From IMG/VR virus record IMGVR_UViG_3300001605_000032, positions 1 to 64,000 of that record: DNA of 64,000 nucleotides; one strand, given 5' to 3'. Shown here piece after piece: positions 47,749 to 56,632 of this stretch. The position numbers and the translations under genes are program-made. The DNA comes from an uncultured virus (IMG/VR IMGVR_UViG_3300001605_000032) (lineage: Duplodnaviria; Heunggongvirae; Uroviricota; Caudoviricetes). Within the stretch, counting starts at the first letter, position 1; each line of letters starts with the position of its first letter. A model generated the notes under the pieces. That model made no database searches. It was not told the origin of the DNA and was given only the letters and a program-made list of their open reading frames with translations.

Positions 47749-49092
47749 TCAGACGACGCACAACACACGATACGCGGTGCCGCCAGCGTCAGTGATGATC
47801 ATGGTGTGAGTGGCGGTTGGGGTCTCGGCAACGGCGTTCGCCTCCGTGCGGAGCTTGCCTTGCAGCGGAGCAAAGTCGCTGTCGTCAGCAAGGCGGGCCT
47901 GGAGAACGGTGCTGGAGCGCTTCAACGCAGGGAAGCTGGACGTGGTGCCGCCGAACATAAGTCGCCCAAATCCAGAGCCCGTTAGACCAGAGCCGCACAA
48001 TTCTACAACGCCGTCAGATGCGGCCTTGAAGAAAAAACTGCTAATTGTGCCAATATAATTTGACGTACCGCTGTTAGCGATATTTCCTGCACCAGCGTTT
48101 ATTGCTACGCAATTCATCTGCCCGGCCGCATTGATAGTACCAGCAGCCCAAATATTCCTCGGCCTAGTCGCCCCAGATGCGCCGATGTCGTAGGTGTTGT
48201 CTGTGCCGGCGAGGAGATGGCCGCCCGAACCGGGATTCACATACCAATATATTGTTGATAGATTAGACCCGGTGATGCGAAAACCGCTATCCGCACCCGC
48301 ACATATGACGCCAGCACTAATCAAGCCCAGTGTTCTAACGCTGCCTGTGCCGCCAGCCTGCGGACCTATATAAAATATATTAGAGTTTGCGTAAAACGCT
48401 AGCCGCTCGTAATTCGTCAGCGAGCTGGACTCGGTATTATACACCCTAAACGTCTGCGCATTCGTTCCGTTGCGAAGGGCTAGGGTGGCGGCGGCGTCGC
48501 GGTAGAGATAAACATCGGGAGTTGAAACACTTGACCCCAGAGCAAACGCCCCGTTTCCAACGATCTGACCGCTAGCCACAGCTAGCGTCATGGTGCCCGA
48601 TGCCTCTGCAATACTAAATGATCGGCTTCCGCCACCTGAAGGAACAGTAAACGTGAAGTCGTTCCATGAGCCCCCAATAGTGATGTTACCAGAACTTTTT
48701 ACTAAAAATTTTGGTGACGCAGCCACCTGCAAATCAAGCAGATTTCCACCGAACCCGGCTGCCGCATTGACGCCAAGCCCGGTTCCGCTTGTGCTCCAGC
48801 CCGTGGACGTGGTGCCGGTGGGTTCGAACAACACATACGGCTTCGTGGTCGTAGCGCTGCCGCCCGTGTACCACGTACCAGTCCCGGTGAACCCCGGTGC
48901 ACTTACCGCACCATTGACGCTGATCGTCTGTGCCGCCGTCCACGTGTTGGCGAGGCCGAGAATGTAGGCAAGATACGTCGTTCCAGCGTAGATGCTCGGC
49001 GTTGATGCAGACTGGCTATCCGCGCCGAACAGAAAGCCCCCGGATGGGAATGTCGCGTCCGGCGTTTCTGTCTTGAAATCAAAGTTTGCCAT
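47749..49092 (-). CDS. fibre-like virion protein
   Basis: Gly/Ser/Thr-rich, 447 aa; LALRNGTNAQTFRVYNT, DNTYDIGASGATRPRN and FGGTTSSFPALKR fibre motifs. Confidence 0.7.
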   Translation of the reverse strand: MANFDFKTETPDATFPSGGFLFGADSQSASTPSIYAGTTYLAYILGLANTWTAAQTISVNGAVSAPGFTGTGTWYTGGSATTTKPYVLFEPTGTTSTGWSTSGTGLGVNAAAGFGGNLLDLQVAASPKFLVKSSGNITIGGSWNDFTFTVPSGGGSRSFSIAEASGTMTLAVASGQIVGNGAFALGSSVSTPDVYLYRDAAATLALRNGTNAQTFRVYNTESSSLTNYERLAFYANSNIFYIGPQAGGTGSVRTLGLISAGVICAGADSGFRITGSNLSTIYWYVNPGSGGHLLAGTDNTYDIGASGATRPRNIWAAGTINAAGQMNCVAINAGAGNIANSGTSNYIGTISSFFFKAASDGVVELCGSGLTGSGFGRLMFGGTTSSFPALKRSSTVLQARLADDSDFAPLQGKLRTEANAVAETPTATHTMIITDAGGTAYRVLCVV

Positions 49093-49095
49093 CGC

Positions 49096-49272
49096 TTATT
49101 CCAGCCCCCACGTGAGGTTGAGCGTATCCCAAACCAAGAAATCGGCGCCCCAAAGCAGTTCCATCTCTGGGGATTCGCTTGGTGCGATGTCGAGACCAGC
49201 ACCGCCGATTGGCGTCTGGAACTGCAGCCCTTCGCCGAACGAAAGGCCGGTGTCGCTGTCGATCAGGCCCAT
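49096..49272 (-). CDS. 58-aa hypothetical virion protein
   Basis: Translated by hand as MGLIDSDTGLSFGEG...LTWGLE*; fills the operon gap. Confidence 0.55.
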   Translation of the reverse strand: MGLIDSDTGLSFGEGLQFQTPIGGAGLDIAPSESPEMELLWGADFLVWDTLNLTWGLE

Positions 49273-50234
49273 CAGAGTGGCACGTTAGCTGCCTGGATGA
49301 TGGTCAGCTTGACTGAGCCAGATCCAGAGTTGAGCACGATGCGAACCACCTGCGGCGCGTAGGCGTAGTTGCCTTGTGCGGTTCCTGTAGCAGCGACCAG
49401 CGAAGAGTCCGGATGGTTGACCCAATTCACGCTGGCAAGACCAACATCGTTGGGATCATCCAGCGACTGTTGAACCGTGAAGTTGACGGTGCCCGTGACC
49501 GACACCTGCAAAGCAGTCGGTGCGAAGTTAAAGCGATCCATGAAGATCGGCCGCGATCCAGCAACGCCGTTTGTACCGATGGTGACGGTGCCAGCCGATG
49601 CGCCGGAAAGCTGAATGCTGGTGATCGTTGCAAAATCAAGCGTGCTCACAGCCGTTGCGCCGCTGGCGCCAGTGACGGCCTGACTGATCGTGTTGTTGTT
49701 CCAGTCGGTGCCGTTGACGGTGAATGTGATGCCGGTGTCGTTGCCACCGGACGTGATCAGGATGCGGCGTGGCTCGTCGAGCGTGACCGTACCGTTAATG
49801 CCGACCGATACGTTGCCAGCAGCAGCACCAGATGCCGTCACCGACGTAACGGTGGAAAACAGCTTGGTGGTCGCGACGATGCTCGTATTGGAGCCAGTCA
49901 CAACCTCGCTCTGATATGCGCCGCCGTAGCCGTTCGGGCCATAAATCATACCGGCGATCGTGAACGTGATGCCGCTGTCGTTTCCAGCACTGGTGATGGT
50001 CACGGACGATGGCACGCCGCACTGGCCGATGCCGCCGTTGACGTTCGCGCCGCTGAGCGTTAGCGCGCCAGCGCCACCAACCGCTTGCGCGAGAGCGATA
50101 GCATCAGCATCAAAGCCGCTCGAATAGGCGCCATTCAGGGCCAAGCAGAACGCACCGGGACACGTCTGACTCGTCGCGACGATATCGGCGTCCGCGCCTG
50201 CTAGCGGGCCGACCGTGACGATCATTGGCTGCAT
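49272..50234 (-). CDS. virion structural protein with internal repeat
   Basis: Two copies of ITS(A/G)GND(S/T)GITFT; Gly/Ala/Thr-rich. Confidence 0.7.
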   Translation of the reverse strand: MQPMIVTVGPLAGADADIVATSQTCPGAFCLALNGAYSSGFDADAIALAQAVGGAGALTLSGANVNGGIGQCGVPSSVTITSAGNDSGITFTIAGMIYGPNGYGGAYQSEVVTGSNTSIVATTKLFSTVTSVTASGAAAGNVSVGINGTVTLDEPRRILITSGGNDTGITFTVNGTDWNNNTISQAVTGASGATAVSTLDFATITSIQLSGASAGTVTIGTNGVAGSRPIFMDRFNFAPTALQVSVTGTVNFTVQQSLDDPNDVGLASVNWVNHPDSSLVAATGTAQGNYAYAPQVVRIVLNSGSGSVKLTIIQAANVPL

Positions 50235-50256
50235 GTGGAGTTCTCCGGTGTGCTCG

Positions 50257-50292
50257 AAAAGGAAACGCGCGGCCCGACTGGGGACCGCGCGT
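50257..50292 (-). terminator. terminator after the capsid gene block
   Basis: Minus strand ACGCGCGGTCCC...GGGCCGCGCGT followed by TTCCTTTT. Confidence 0.65.
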
Positions 50293-50331
50293 CGTTCGTG
50301 TCAGTGCCAACTTGTAAGGAATTCTTACAAG

Positions 50332-50583
50332 TTAGCACTTGCCCGCACTGGTGATCGGATGCTTCGACGAGCTGGCGGACAGCGGGCTCTTGTCAGCGCC
50401 AACCCGACCGCCTCGTGCCCTATCGAGGCGCTTCTTGGCCATCCCGCCGGGGATCATGCCAACCGTTTTGCTCTTGGCCTCGGCCTCAACATCCTTGTTG
50501 CCGCCGGCCTCGGCAGGCATGGGATCTTTGGCAACAACGCCGCCGCCCATTGCCTTCTTCGACGCCTTGTGACGATGCTTCAT
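50332..50583 (-). CDS. small basic protein with xxGG motifs
   Basis: KAMGGGV, RLDRARGGRV and SPLSAS. Confidence 0.7.
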   Translation of the reverse strand: MKHRHKASKKAMGGGVVAKDPMPAEAGGNKDVEAEAKSKTVGMIPGGMAKKRLDRARGGRVGADKSPLSASSSKHPITSAGKC

Positions 50584-50624
50584 GGGTCTACCCTTTCGAT
50601 TGTGGTGTTACGCTCGATCACGCA

Positions 50625-51608
50625 TCACGTCGCATCGGCATTGGCCATCATGCCGCTGGTATCGCCATTCGGAACAGGCCCGGAGATCTTCACCGTTGAC
50701 GTATCCGCCGCCGTCCAATCCGTGCATCCCGCAGCAGAGCAATTATCCATCAGGACAAAGCCGCCTTGAGATGCATGGTAGCCGACCACCGCCGCCAGAG
50801 CCGAAGATCCGAAGTTGGTGATTAGGCAGTTCTTGAGCCACACAAACCGATCGATCGACCCTGACGCTGCCGCATCCACGACAAGCGGCGATGTCGCCGT
50901 GGCGTAGACAGGGAACAGGCAGTCCTGGAAGATGTTGCGGGTTGCGGCAGACCGCAGCTTGACGCTGGCGTTGGCGGCAGACCGGGACGCGGTATCGACA
51001 CCGATCTGACATCCGACGAACGTGTTCTCGCTGCCGCCGTTGAGGTAGAGCACATACGATCCGGCGCGACCTGCACCGTTCGCGGAACCCATACCCTGGA
51101 AGCCGACGTTGTAGAACGCATTGCGCTGGCCGGTGATCTGGCACAGTTGCTCGTCGGTGGATGCCTCGCCGACGCCCTGGAAAATCGAGAAGTTTGCAAA
51201 GTAGCAGCCCTGGGCCGACACCTTGAAAAGATCTGCGATGTTTGCCGTTGCGCCGGTTGCCGTCGAGATGCGAGCGCGCTGCCCGATCATCGTCGGCGCC
51301 GTCATGCCAACCATGTGCGTTGCCGACTTTGCCCAATCAAGTTGGGCGGAAAGCCGGAACGTGCCAGTGGTCGGTGCTGCGGTGGTGGGAGCCGATACCA
51401 GAACCACCACGTCGTTGTTGCCCTCGGTGCAGAGAGCATAAGCACGCGTGATGGTCTTGAGCGGATCTTCCGCGCCACCCGTGTTGCCGTCAGATCCGCG
51501 AACGGCATCGACGAAGTACCATGAGCCAGTGAACGGGATGCCAGACAGCGAGCCCACGAGGGGCACGCCGAAGGACGTCAACCCGTCCGGAAAATTGGTA
51601 TAGCTCAC
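50625..51608 (-). CDS. capsid-associated/decoration protein with beta-helix-like region
   Basis: MSYTNFPDGLTSFGVP; YFVDAVRGSDGNTG...PLKTITRA; directly after the major capsid gene. Confidence 0.65.
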   Translation of the reverse strand: MSYTNFPDGLTSFGVPLVGSLSGIPFTGSWYFVDAVRGSDGNTGGAEDPLKTITRAYALCTEGNNDVVVLVSAPTTAAPTTGTFRLSAQLDWAKSATHMVGMTAPTMIGQRARISTATGATANIADLFKVSAQGCYFANFSIFQGVGEASTDEQLCQITGQRNAFYNVGFQGMGSANGAGRAGSYVLYLNGGSENTFVGCQIGVDTASRSAANASVKLRSAATRNIFQDCLFPVYATATSPLVVDAAASGSIDRFVWLKNCLITNFGSSALAAVVGYHASQGGFVLMDNCSAAGCTDWTAADTSTVKISGPVPNGDTSGMMANADAT

Positions 51609-51644
51609 AAGCTTACCCTTTCTTTTTGAGTGGGTTGACGAGGA

Positions 51645-52556
51645 TCAGGACGACGGGAACGAACCCCAAACCGCGCGCGGATCGTTGTTGAAGAATCCGC
51701 CGCGCTGGTACGCCTTGACGAGCAGGTTGTCGGTGATGTTGTCCACCCACATATCCGTCTCGTACGGAACGCGCTCGATGTGGATAAACCCATCGATGGT
51801 GGTGTCGAGGAACCACGCGCGCGAGTTGGTGAGGTAGTCCCATGCGATGTACTGCGTGAGGCCGCCGGACAGCGACAGCACGGCGTTCACATCGTTGTTG
51901 GCCGTACCTGGGCGAAGCTCGGACTTGAGCAGGCGGATCGCCACCTTCTCAAGCTCCAGCGGCACGATCAGACGCTCGGCGCGGGCGTAGACCTTCAGGC
52001 CGGCCTCGTCCACGAAGTCTCTTCGAACAGCGGTCATGCCGTCGAGAAGCGAGCCCTCGTTAAGATCAAGATCGGTCGTCGGGCGATTGGCCCAAGTGCC
52101 ACCATCGTAGGGATGGTCGGTGGCGCAGAGCGCCTTGCCGTCACCGCCAACGTTGGTGTCGTAGGTCGTGGCATTGTTGAAAATGCCAGCAGCCTCGCGC
52201 TCCCAGAACTGGTTGAACGACTTGCTGAGGCCAAGAGCGGTCGGCTTGAACTCGCTCTTGTAAAGGTTGTCGTCGATCGCCTTGCGGGTGATGGCGTAGC
52301 CAAGACCCACCTCGACCGGCTCCATATTGTAGACCCAGCGCTCGCCAGCGTTGTTGTCGAACTGCGTGGCGCCGCCTTCCGTCTTCAGTTCGGGAAGCGA
52401 CATGTAGCGAGCCTGTACGCTGCGCTCGATCTGCATGTTGCTTTTACGCTTGCTGAAGATCTTCGAGTAGAAGTTCGGAAGATCCTTGTACTCTCCCGTG
52501 ATCTCCATGAGACCGGGGAGCAGCAGGTCACGAATCTGACCAAGTGCAATAGCCAT
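51645..52556 (-). CDS. major capsid protein (HK97 fold, Mu gpT-like)
   Basis: LLLPGL, KTEGG, GLGYAITRKAIDDNLY, GGDGKALCATDHP, LIVP, NNDVNA, YLT..AWF and DPR motifs. Confidence 0.85.
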   Translation of the reverse strand: MAIALGQIRDLLLPGLMEITGEYKDLPNFYSKIFSKRKSNMQIERSVQARYMSLPELKTEGGATQFDNNAGERWVYNMEPVEVGLGYAITRKAIDDNLYKSEFKPTALGLSKSFNQFWEREAAGIFNNATTYDTNVGGDGKALCATDHPYDGGTWANRPTTDLDLNEGSLLDGMTAVRRDFVDEAGLKVYARAERLIVPLELEKVAIRLLKSELRPGTANNDVNAVLSLSGGLTQYIAWDYLTNSRAWFLDTTIDGFIHIERVPYETDMWVDNITDNLLVKAYQRGGFFNNDPRAVWGSFPSS

Positions 52557-52582
52557 TTAGATTTCTCCTTGGTTCAGAGCCG

Positions 52583-53185
52583 TTAGATGCCGGTAGAGCC
52601 AGCACCGGACACGTTGGCTGCGACGATCGCCCAGTTGTACGAGGCGGCCTCCGAGCCAGGCGCACCAGCCGCCGCGATGTCCGAGTACAGACCGACGATG
52701 CGGAACGGCAGCGTTGCGTTCGTGCCGAGCGTGCCTTGGTCGATGCTCGCGCCGGAGAAGCAACCACCAACGGTGCTGCCGGTGCCGATCGCGACATCGA
52801 CGTTTGCACCGACATCGCCCTGAGTGATCGCCGTGCCAGACGACTGCACCAGGAACGTCGGCGCAGGGCTGAGAACGCACGGGATCAGATAGGCCGTGAT
52901 GTCGCCGGACGCGTTGGCGCCGGGCCAGAACGGCGAGTTCACGACACGACCAACCGACGTGTTGTAGTATTTGCAGCTGTGGAAGATGCCCCAAAGCTGA
53001 GACACCGCCGTCGATGCCGTCCACTGGTCGATGTAGCCAGTGTTCAGGATTTTGACAGGATCTTGATGGTAGATTGCAGTCGTGTTGTTCGACGCGATCT
53101 TCGCGGGGATCAGCTCGAAGTTCGGAGCCACACCGCCGCGAAGGCCAATCAGCTTGAACCCGAAGGGGCTGTTGCTGTTTGCCAT
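52583..53185 (-). CDS. auxiliary capsid/decoration protein
   Basis: MANSNSPFGFKLIG...TLPFRIVGL; immediately upstream of the major capsid gene. Confidence 0.7.
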   Translation of the reverse strand: MANSNSPFGFKLIGLRGGVAPNFELIPAKIASNNTTAIYHQDPVKILNTGYIDQWTASTAVSQLWGIFHSCKYYNTSVGRVVNSPFWPGANASGDITAYLIPCVLSPAPTFLVQSSGTAITQGDVGANVDVAIGTGSTVGGCFSGASIDQGTLGTNATLPFRIVGLYSDIAAAGAPGSEAASYNWAIVAANVSGAGSTGI

Positions 53186-53285
53186 GAGGGTTTTCCCTTT
53201 GGTGAAAAGGCTCTGACCCGAACGCTTGTCGGAGACGAGGCCAGCGAGTGACCCGGCAGCACGCCGGCATGAGCGAACGCACAAC

Positions 53286-53308
53286 AAAAAAGGCCGGCAA
53301 AGCCGACC
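53286..53308 (-). terminator. terminator/attenuator-like hairpin before the capsid genes
   Basis: Minus strand GGTCGGC-TTT-GCCGGCC followed by TTTTTT. Confidence 0.5.
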
Positions 53309-53338
53309 CTTCAAAAACGCGGAACGTGTTGGTTGACG

Positions 53339-53905
53339 CTAGCCGTCGATGTCGACGGAGCGCGAATAGGTGGGACGCAACGACGGATCGGTTGCCTCGG
53401 GACGACCACGCCGCGCGCCAAAGTTTGCGCTGCCGGCGATCTCGTCGTCAAAGTAGCCGGGACGAACAGCGTCGTTGCGTGGGCGCTTCTGCTTGTGCTT
53501 CTCAGCCATCGCAGCTCTGCGCTCCTCGATGCGTGCCTGATGTACGAACGGCTCAGGGCACTCCATCAGAACAAGACCTTCCAGCCGTATCGGACGATCC
53601 GGGTGACGATCCGCCGGAACCTCGCGCCAGCCGTTACGCTTGAGTGCTGCGATGTTGGCCAGATCGGGCTCGCCCAGCATGGCCTCGCGGCGCCAAGCGT
53701 ACACCATCCCATCAGGCACGATGTCCCGTGGAATGTGATAGGGCGAGTCGTTCGCCGGCAGCGGATCGCGGACAAGCACCTCACCCGTGAGTGGATGCGT
53801 GAACGTCATCGCACCTGGACGCGCAGCAACACGATCCGGCTCGCGCTCAGCTACCGGCTCACGAGCCTTCTGCCGCGCGGGCGTTTTGATTGAACCATCG
53901 GCCAT
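53339..53905 (-). CDS. conserved head-module protein
   Basis: PDGMVYAWRR...GEPD..N...NGWREVP..HP...GLVLMECP. Confidence 0.7.
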   Translation of the reverse strand: MADGSIKTPARQKAREPVAEREPDRVAARPGAMTFTHPLTGEVLVRDPLPANDSPYHIPRDIVPDGMVYAWRREAMLGEPDLANIAALKRNGWREVPADRHPDRPIRLEGLVLMECPEPFVHQARIEERRAAMAEKHKQKRPRNDAVRPGYFDDEIAGSANFGARRGRPEATDPSLRPTYSRSVDIDG

Positions 53906-53916
53906 GAGTTTTCCCC

Positions 53917-54972
53917 TTAAACGCGGTTGAGCCGGCCTTCTTGCTCGGCTTTGAGAAGCTGCTTGGCGTAGGCCGAAGGCGACATGCCCATGTGCTCGGC
54001 CATTTCTGCCTGCTCGCGTGTCAGCTTGATCTGCATGCGGCCATCGGCGCGGCGCGTGACGATCGAACTATCGCGCGAGACCGGAGCGGCCACACGCGGC
54101 GGTGCGGTTGCCTTTGGTGCAGCCTTGGCAGCGGTATCGACCACCACGTCATCCGCTGCCGCGTCGGCTGCCTTCCTGGTATCGACCACCACGTCGTCTG
54201 ATCCTTCGCCAGAGAAACCCATCGCTGCGTCGAGCTTGTCGTAGTAGGCATCAGAACCATCGGCGACGCCGCCCTTGATGATCTCGTAGTGGGCAGCCAA
54301 CGCCTTGTGATAGAGCGCTGGGTTGTTGACCGGCGCGCACTCGGGATGCGACCGAAACCACGATTGAGCACGCGGCGGCATCTGGCTCTGCTCAAGGAAC
54401 CGATCAAGCGGATCGCCTGACGCCTCGACCTTGGGCGGCTCGGCCTTTGCTGCTGTCTCCGCCTGCGTCTTGGCCTCGCGAACGCGGCCTTCCAAAGCTG
54501 CCTTGCCATCGCTCAACTGCGCAATGCGAGCGGCGGCCTCGGCCATCTTGGACGAGACTTCGGACACCTTCTCGTAATCGCCGGCTTCCAGCGCCGCACG
54601 ATGCGCGGTCTTCAGCGATTCCGCTTCGGACGTCGCCTTGTTCAGAGCGTTGGCGACCGCGTGAAAATCACTTTCGGCCGCTCTGGCTGCATTGATCGCG
54701 GCGCTCGTGCCACGCTCGTGTGCCAGCTTCTCAGCTTCGATACGCTTCGCACGCTCAGCCTGAACTCTGCTCTCAGCCTCAACGACGCGACGCATCAGGT
54801 CATCGCCGGCCTTGGCTGGTGCGGCTTCGCTTTTGGCAGGCGTCGCGGCTTCCGCCTTGGCCGTCGCTGGCGCTTTGGCGGCTTTGGGAGCGGCGAGACC
54901 GTATGCAGCCTCAAGCTCCTGGACCTCTGTTTCCGAGAGATCGATGACGTATTCATCATCCATGGTCATCAC
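53917..54972 (-). CDS. capsid scaffolding protein
   Basis: Ala/Glu-rich coiled coil; C-terminal VAAPVSR...LTREQAEMAEHMGMSPSAYAKQL. Confidence 0.75.
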   Translation of the reverse strand: MMTMDDEYVIDLSETEVQELEAAYGLAAPKAAKAPATAKAEAATPAKSEAAPAKAGDDLMRRVVEAESRVQAERAKRIEAEKLAHERGTSAAINAARAAESDFHAVANALNKATSEAESLKTAHRAALEAGDYEKVSEVSSKMAEAAARIAQLSDGKAALEGRVREAKTQAETAAKAEPPKVEASGDPLDRFLEQSQMPPRAQSWFRSHPECAPVNNPALYHKALAAHYEIIKGGVADGSDAYYDKLDAAMGFSGEGSDDVVVDTRKAADAAADDVVVDTAAKAAPKATAPPRVAAPVSRDSSIVTRRADGRMQIKLTREQAEMAEHMGMSPSAYAKQLLKAEQEGRLNRV

Positions 54973-55394
54973 CAGATCGACGTTGGGTCACTGACAGCGC
55001 CGCGAATGAGCGACGAACGGATGAGGCGGCAGGACACGCCGTTGATCGACATCTCCCATGCGTCGGAAGGACGATAGATGACCCAGTCGCCGACCTCCGG
55101 CTTATCGCCTTCCCATGCGAACTGGCCGGACTTGTCGAAGCGGAACGCCGTGCATCCCACCTTCAGCAGCAACCCAACCTTGCCCTGAAACCTATCCTCC
55201 TGCTTGGCATTGTCGGTCAGGAAGATGCCGCCCTTGGTGCGCTCTGGACGGATGTAGGTTGCGATCAGAACGTCATCCTCGAACACCCGATAGGCGTCGA
55301 TGTTCTGCTTGCCGATGGTTTCGAGTAGTGCCTTCCGTGGATCATCCGACTGGCTTAGTCGGTTGATCGACAGGGACATCGCCGCATTGCTCAT
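54969..55394 (-). CDS. GroES-like co-chaperonin
   Basis: RPERTKGGIFLTD...GKVGLLLKVG...PEVGDWVIY. Confidence 0.8.
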   Translation of the reverse strand: MSNAAMSLSINRLSQSDDPRKALLETIGKQNIDAYRVFEDDVLIATYIRPERTKGGIFLTDNAKQEDRFQGKVGLLLKVGCTAFRFDKSGQFAWEGDKPEVGDWVIYRPSDAWEMSINGVSCRLIRSSLIRGAVSDPTSIW

Positions 55395-55469
55395 GCGTGT
55401 ATCTCCAATGGTTGTCGATCGCCTTAGCCGGCATGGCCAAGGCGTGTGGAACGCTCACTGCAATAGGGA

Positions 55470-55682
55470 TCAATGAACGGACAGTTCGCCGCCGACGACA
55501 TCGCGCGGATCGACGGGAACCGCCGTGGACTGCAAGTGCCAGCCATCGGCCGTCTGACGCATAACCCACACCGACAGCATCATCGTCTGTGCATCGTAGC
55601 AACGCACGACGACGTTGCCGTCGTTGGCACACTCGACGAGTACATGATCGAGATTGAGCGTCACCGACGCGGCGTCCGTCAT
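55470..55682 (-). CDS. hypothetical protein
   Basis: ATGA-coupled, 70 aa. Confidence 0.5.
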   Translation of the reverse strand: MTDAASVTLNLDHVLVECANDGNVVVRCYDAQTMMLSVWVMRQTADGWHLQSTAVPVDPRDVVGGELSVH

Positions 55683-55903
55683 GTCGAACTCGCCGTCTGG
55701 TCGGGACGATCTGGATCGTCGCTTTCTGCGATTTCCTTGCACCAGTCCCTCACATGATCCAGCGCCTGAAGGTATCCGCACTGCGCTTGATAGTCGGCGT
55801 AGTCCTTGGCCAAGCCGCGCGCGACGATCTCGACCTTTGCTTCTGCCTCATCTTTGACGCGAGACAGAAGCCGGCGCACGAATACGCGATCAACGGGATG
55901 CAC
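55679..55903 (-). CDS. conserved small head-module protein
   Basis: GLAKDYADYQAQCGYLQAL motif. Confidence 0.7.
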   Translation of the reverse strand: MHPVDRVFVRRLLSRVKDEAEAKVEIVARGLAKDYADYQAQCGYLQALDHVRDWCKEIAESDDPDRPDQTASST

Positions 55904-55912
55904 GGTAAGTCC

Positions 55913-56110
55913 TCAATCGGGAACAAGCGCGCTGGCTTGTTTTTCAGCCGACGCGTTCGGGTCCATAAACTCAAAATATCGGGCGGCGCTTCTACACCAT
56001 TCGGCGACAGTCGAGTGGGGAACACCAGCATCTATTGCCACATAGCCAGCGTCGACAATCGACTTCTTTAGATCTTGCGACCGGCCGGTTGCTTCTTCAT
56101 CGGGTGTCAT
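55913..56110 (-). CDS. hypothetical protein
   Basis: 65-aa ORF in the operon. Confidence 0.45.
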   Translation of the reverse strand: MTPDEEATGRSQDLKKSIVDAGYVAIDAGVPHSTVAEWCRSAARYFEFMDPNASAEKQASALVPD

Positions 56111-56115
56111 ATTGA

Positions 56116-56616
56116 TCAGCCCTTCCGCTTCTGGATGGCCTCTTTCTCAAGGCGTCCTTCGCCTGACCCTGCACCGGCCGTCATGCCGAGCCTGCCACCG
56201 GCTGCCCTCATGGGCATGGGAGGCCCACCAGGGCCACCGGGACCGCCTGGACCCATGCCAGGGGGTGGCATAGGTGGCATCGGCGGGGGTGCCATGGCCG
56301 GCGGGGGAGCGGGCGGCTTTGGCATCGGCGGCAGTTCGCCCAGACCAGCACCGGGAGGCGGCGACGGATCTTTGTTGGCCACGACGATGTTGACCGTCGT
56401 GCCGCCCTTCTTGTCCTTCTTCTTGCCGCCCTTGCGATCCATGCGCGGCTTGGCCATACCGCCTTCGATCGCGCCACCTGCCGCGCGATGCTTGACGCCG
56501 TGCAAGCGGGACTCGTGGCTCTCGATCATCTTGCGATCTTCAGCCTTGTCCTCGCGGCCGAACGATTTGAGCTTGGCGTCAAGAGACCGTTCGATCTGTG
56601 CCTTCAGGTCTTTCAT
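56116..56616 (-). CDS. Pro/Gly-rich basic protein with RAAGG motifs
   Basis: RAAGG twice, TTVNIVV, poly-Pro and AGAGSGEGRLEK. Confidence 0.75.
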   Translation of the reverse strand: MKDLKAQIERSLDAKLKSFGREDKAEDRKMIESHESRLHGVKHRAAGGAIEGGMAKPRMDRKGGKKKDKKGGTTVNIVVANKDPSPPPGAGLGELPPMPKPPAPPPAMAPPPMPPMPPPGMGPGGPGGPGGPPMPMRAAGGRLGMTAGAGSGEGRLEKEAIQKRKG

Positions 56617-56632
56617 GTGAAACAGTCTCCTG

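Noticed and set aside
38892..49092. Invertase-controlled tail-fibre shufflon or DGR target
   Set aside because: The serine recombinase is more than 20 kb away; I saw no inverted alternative fibre ends, no reverse transcriptase and no TR/VR pair.
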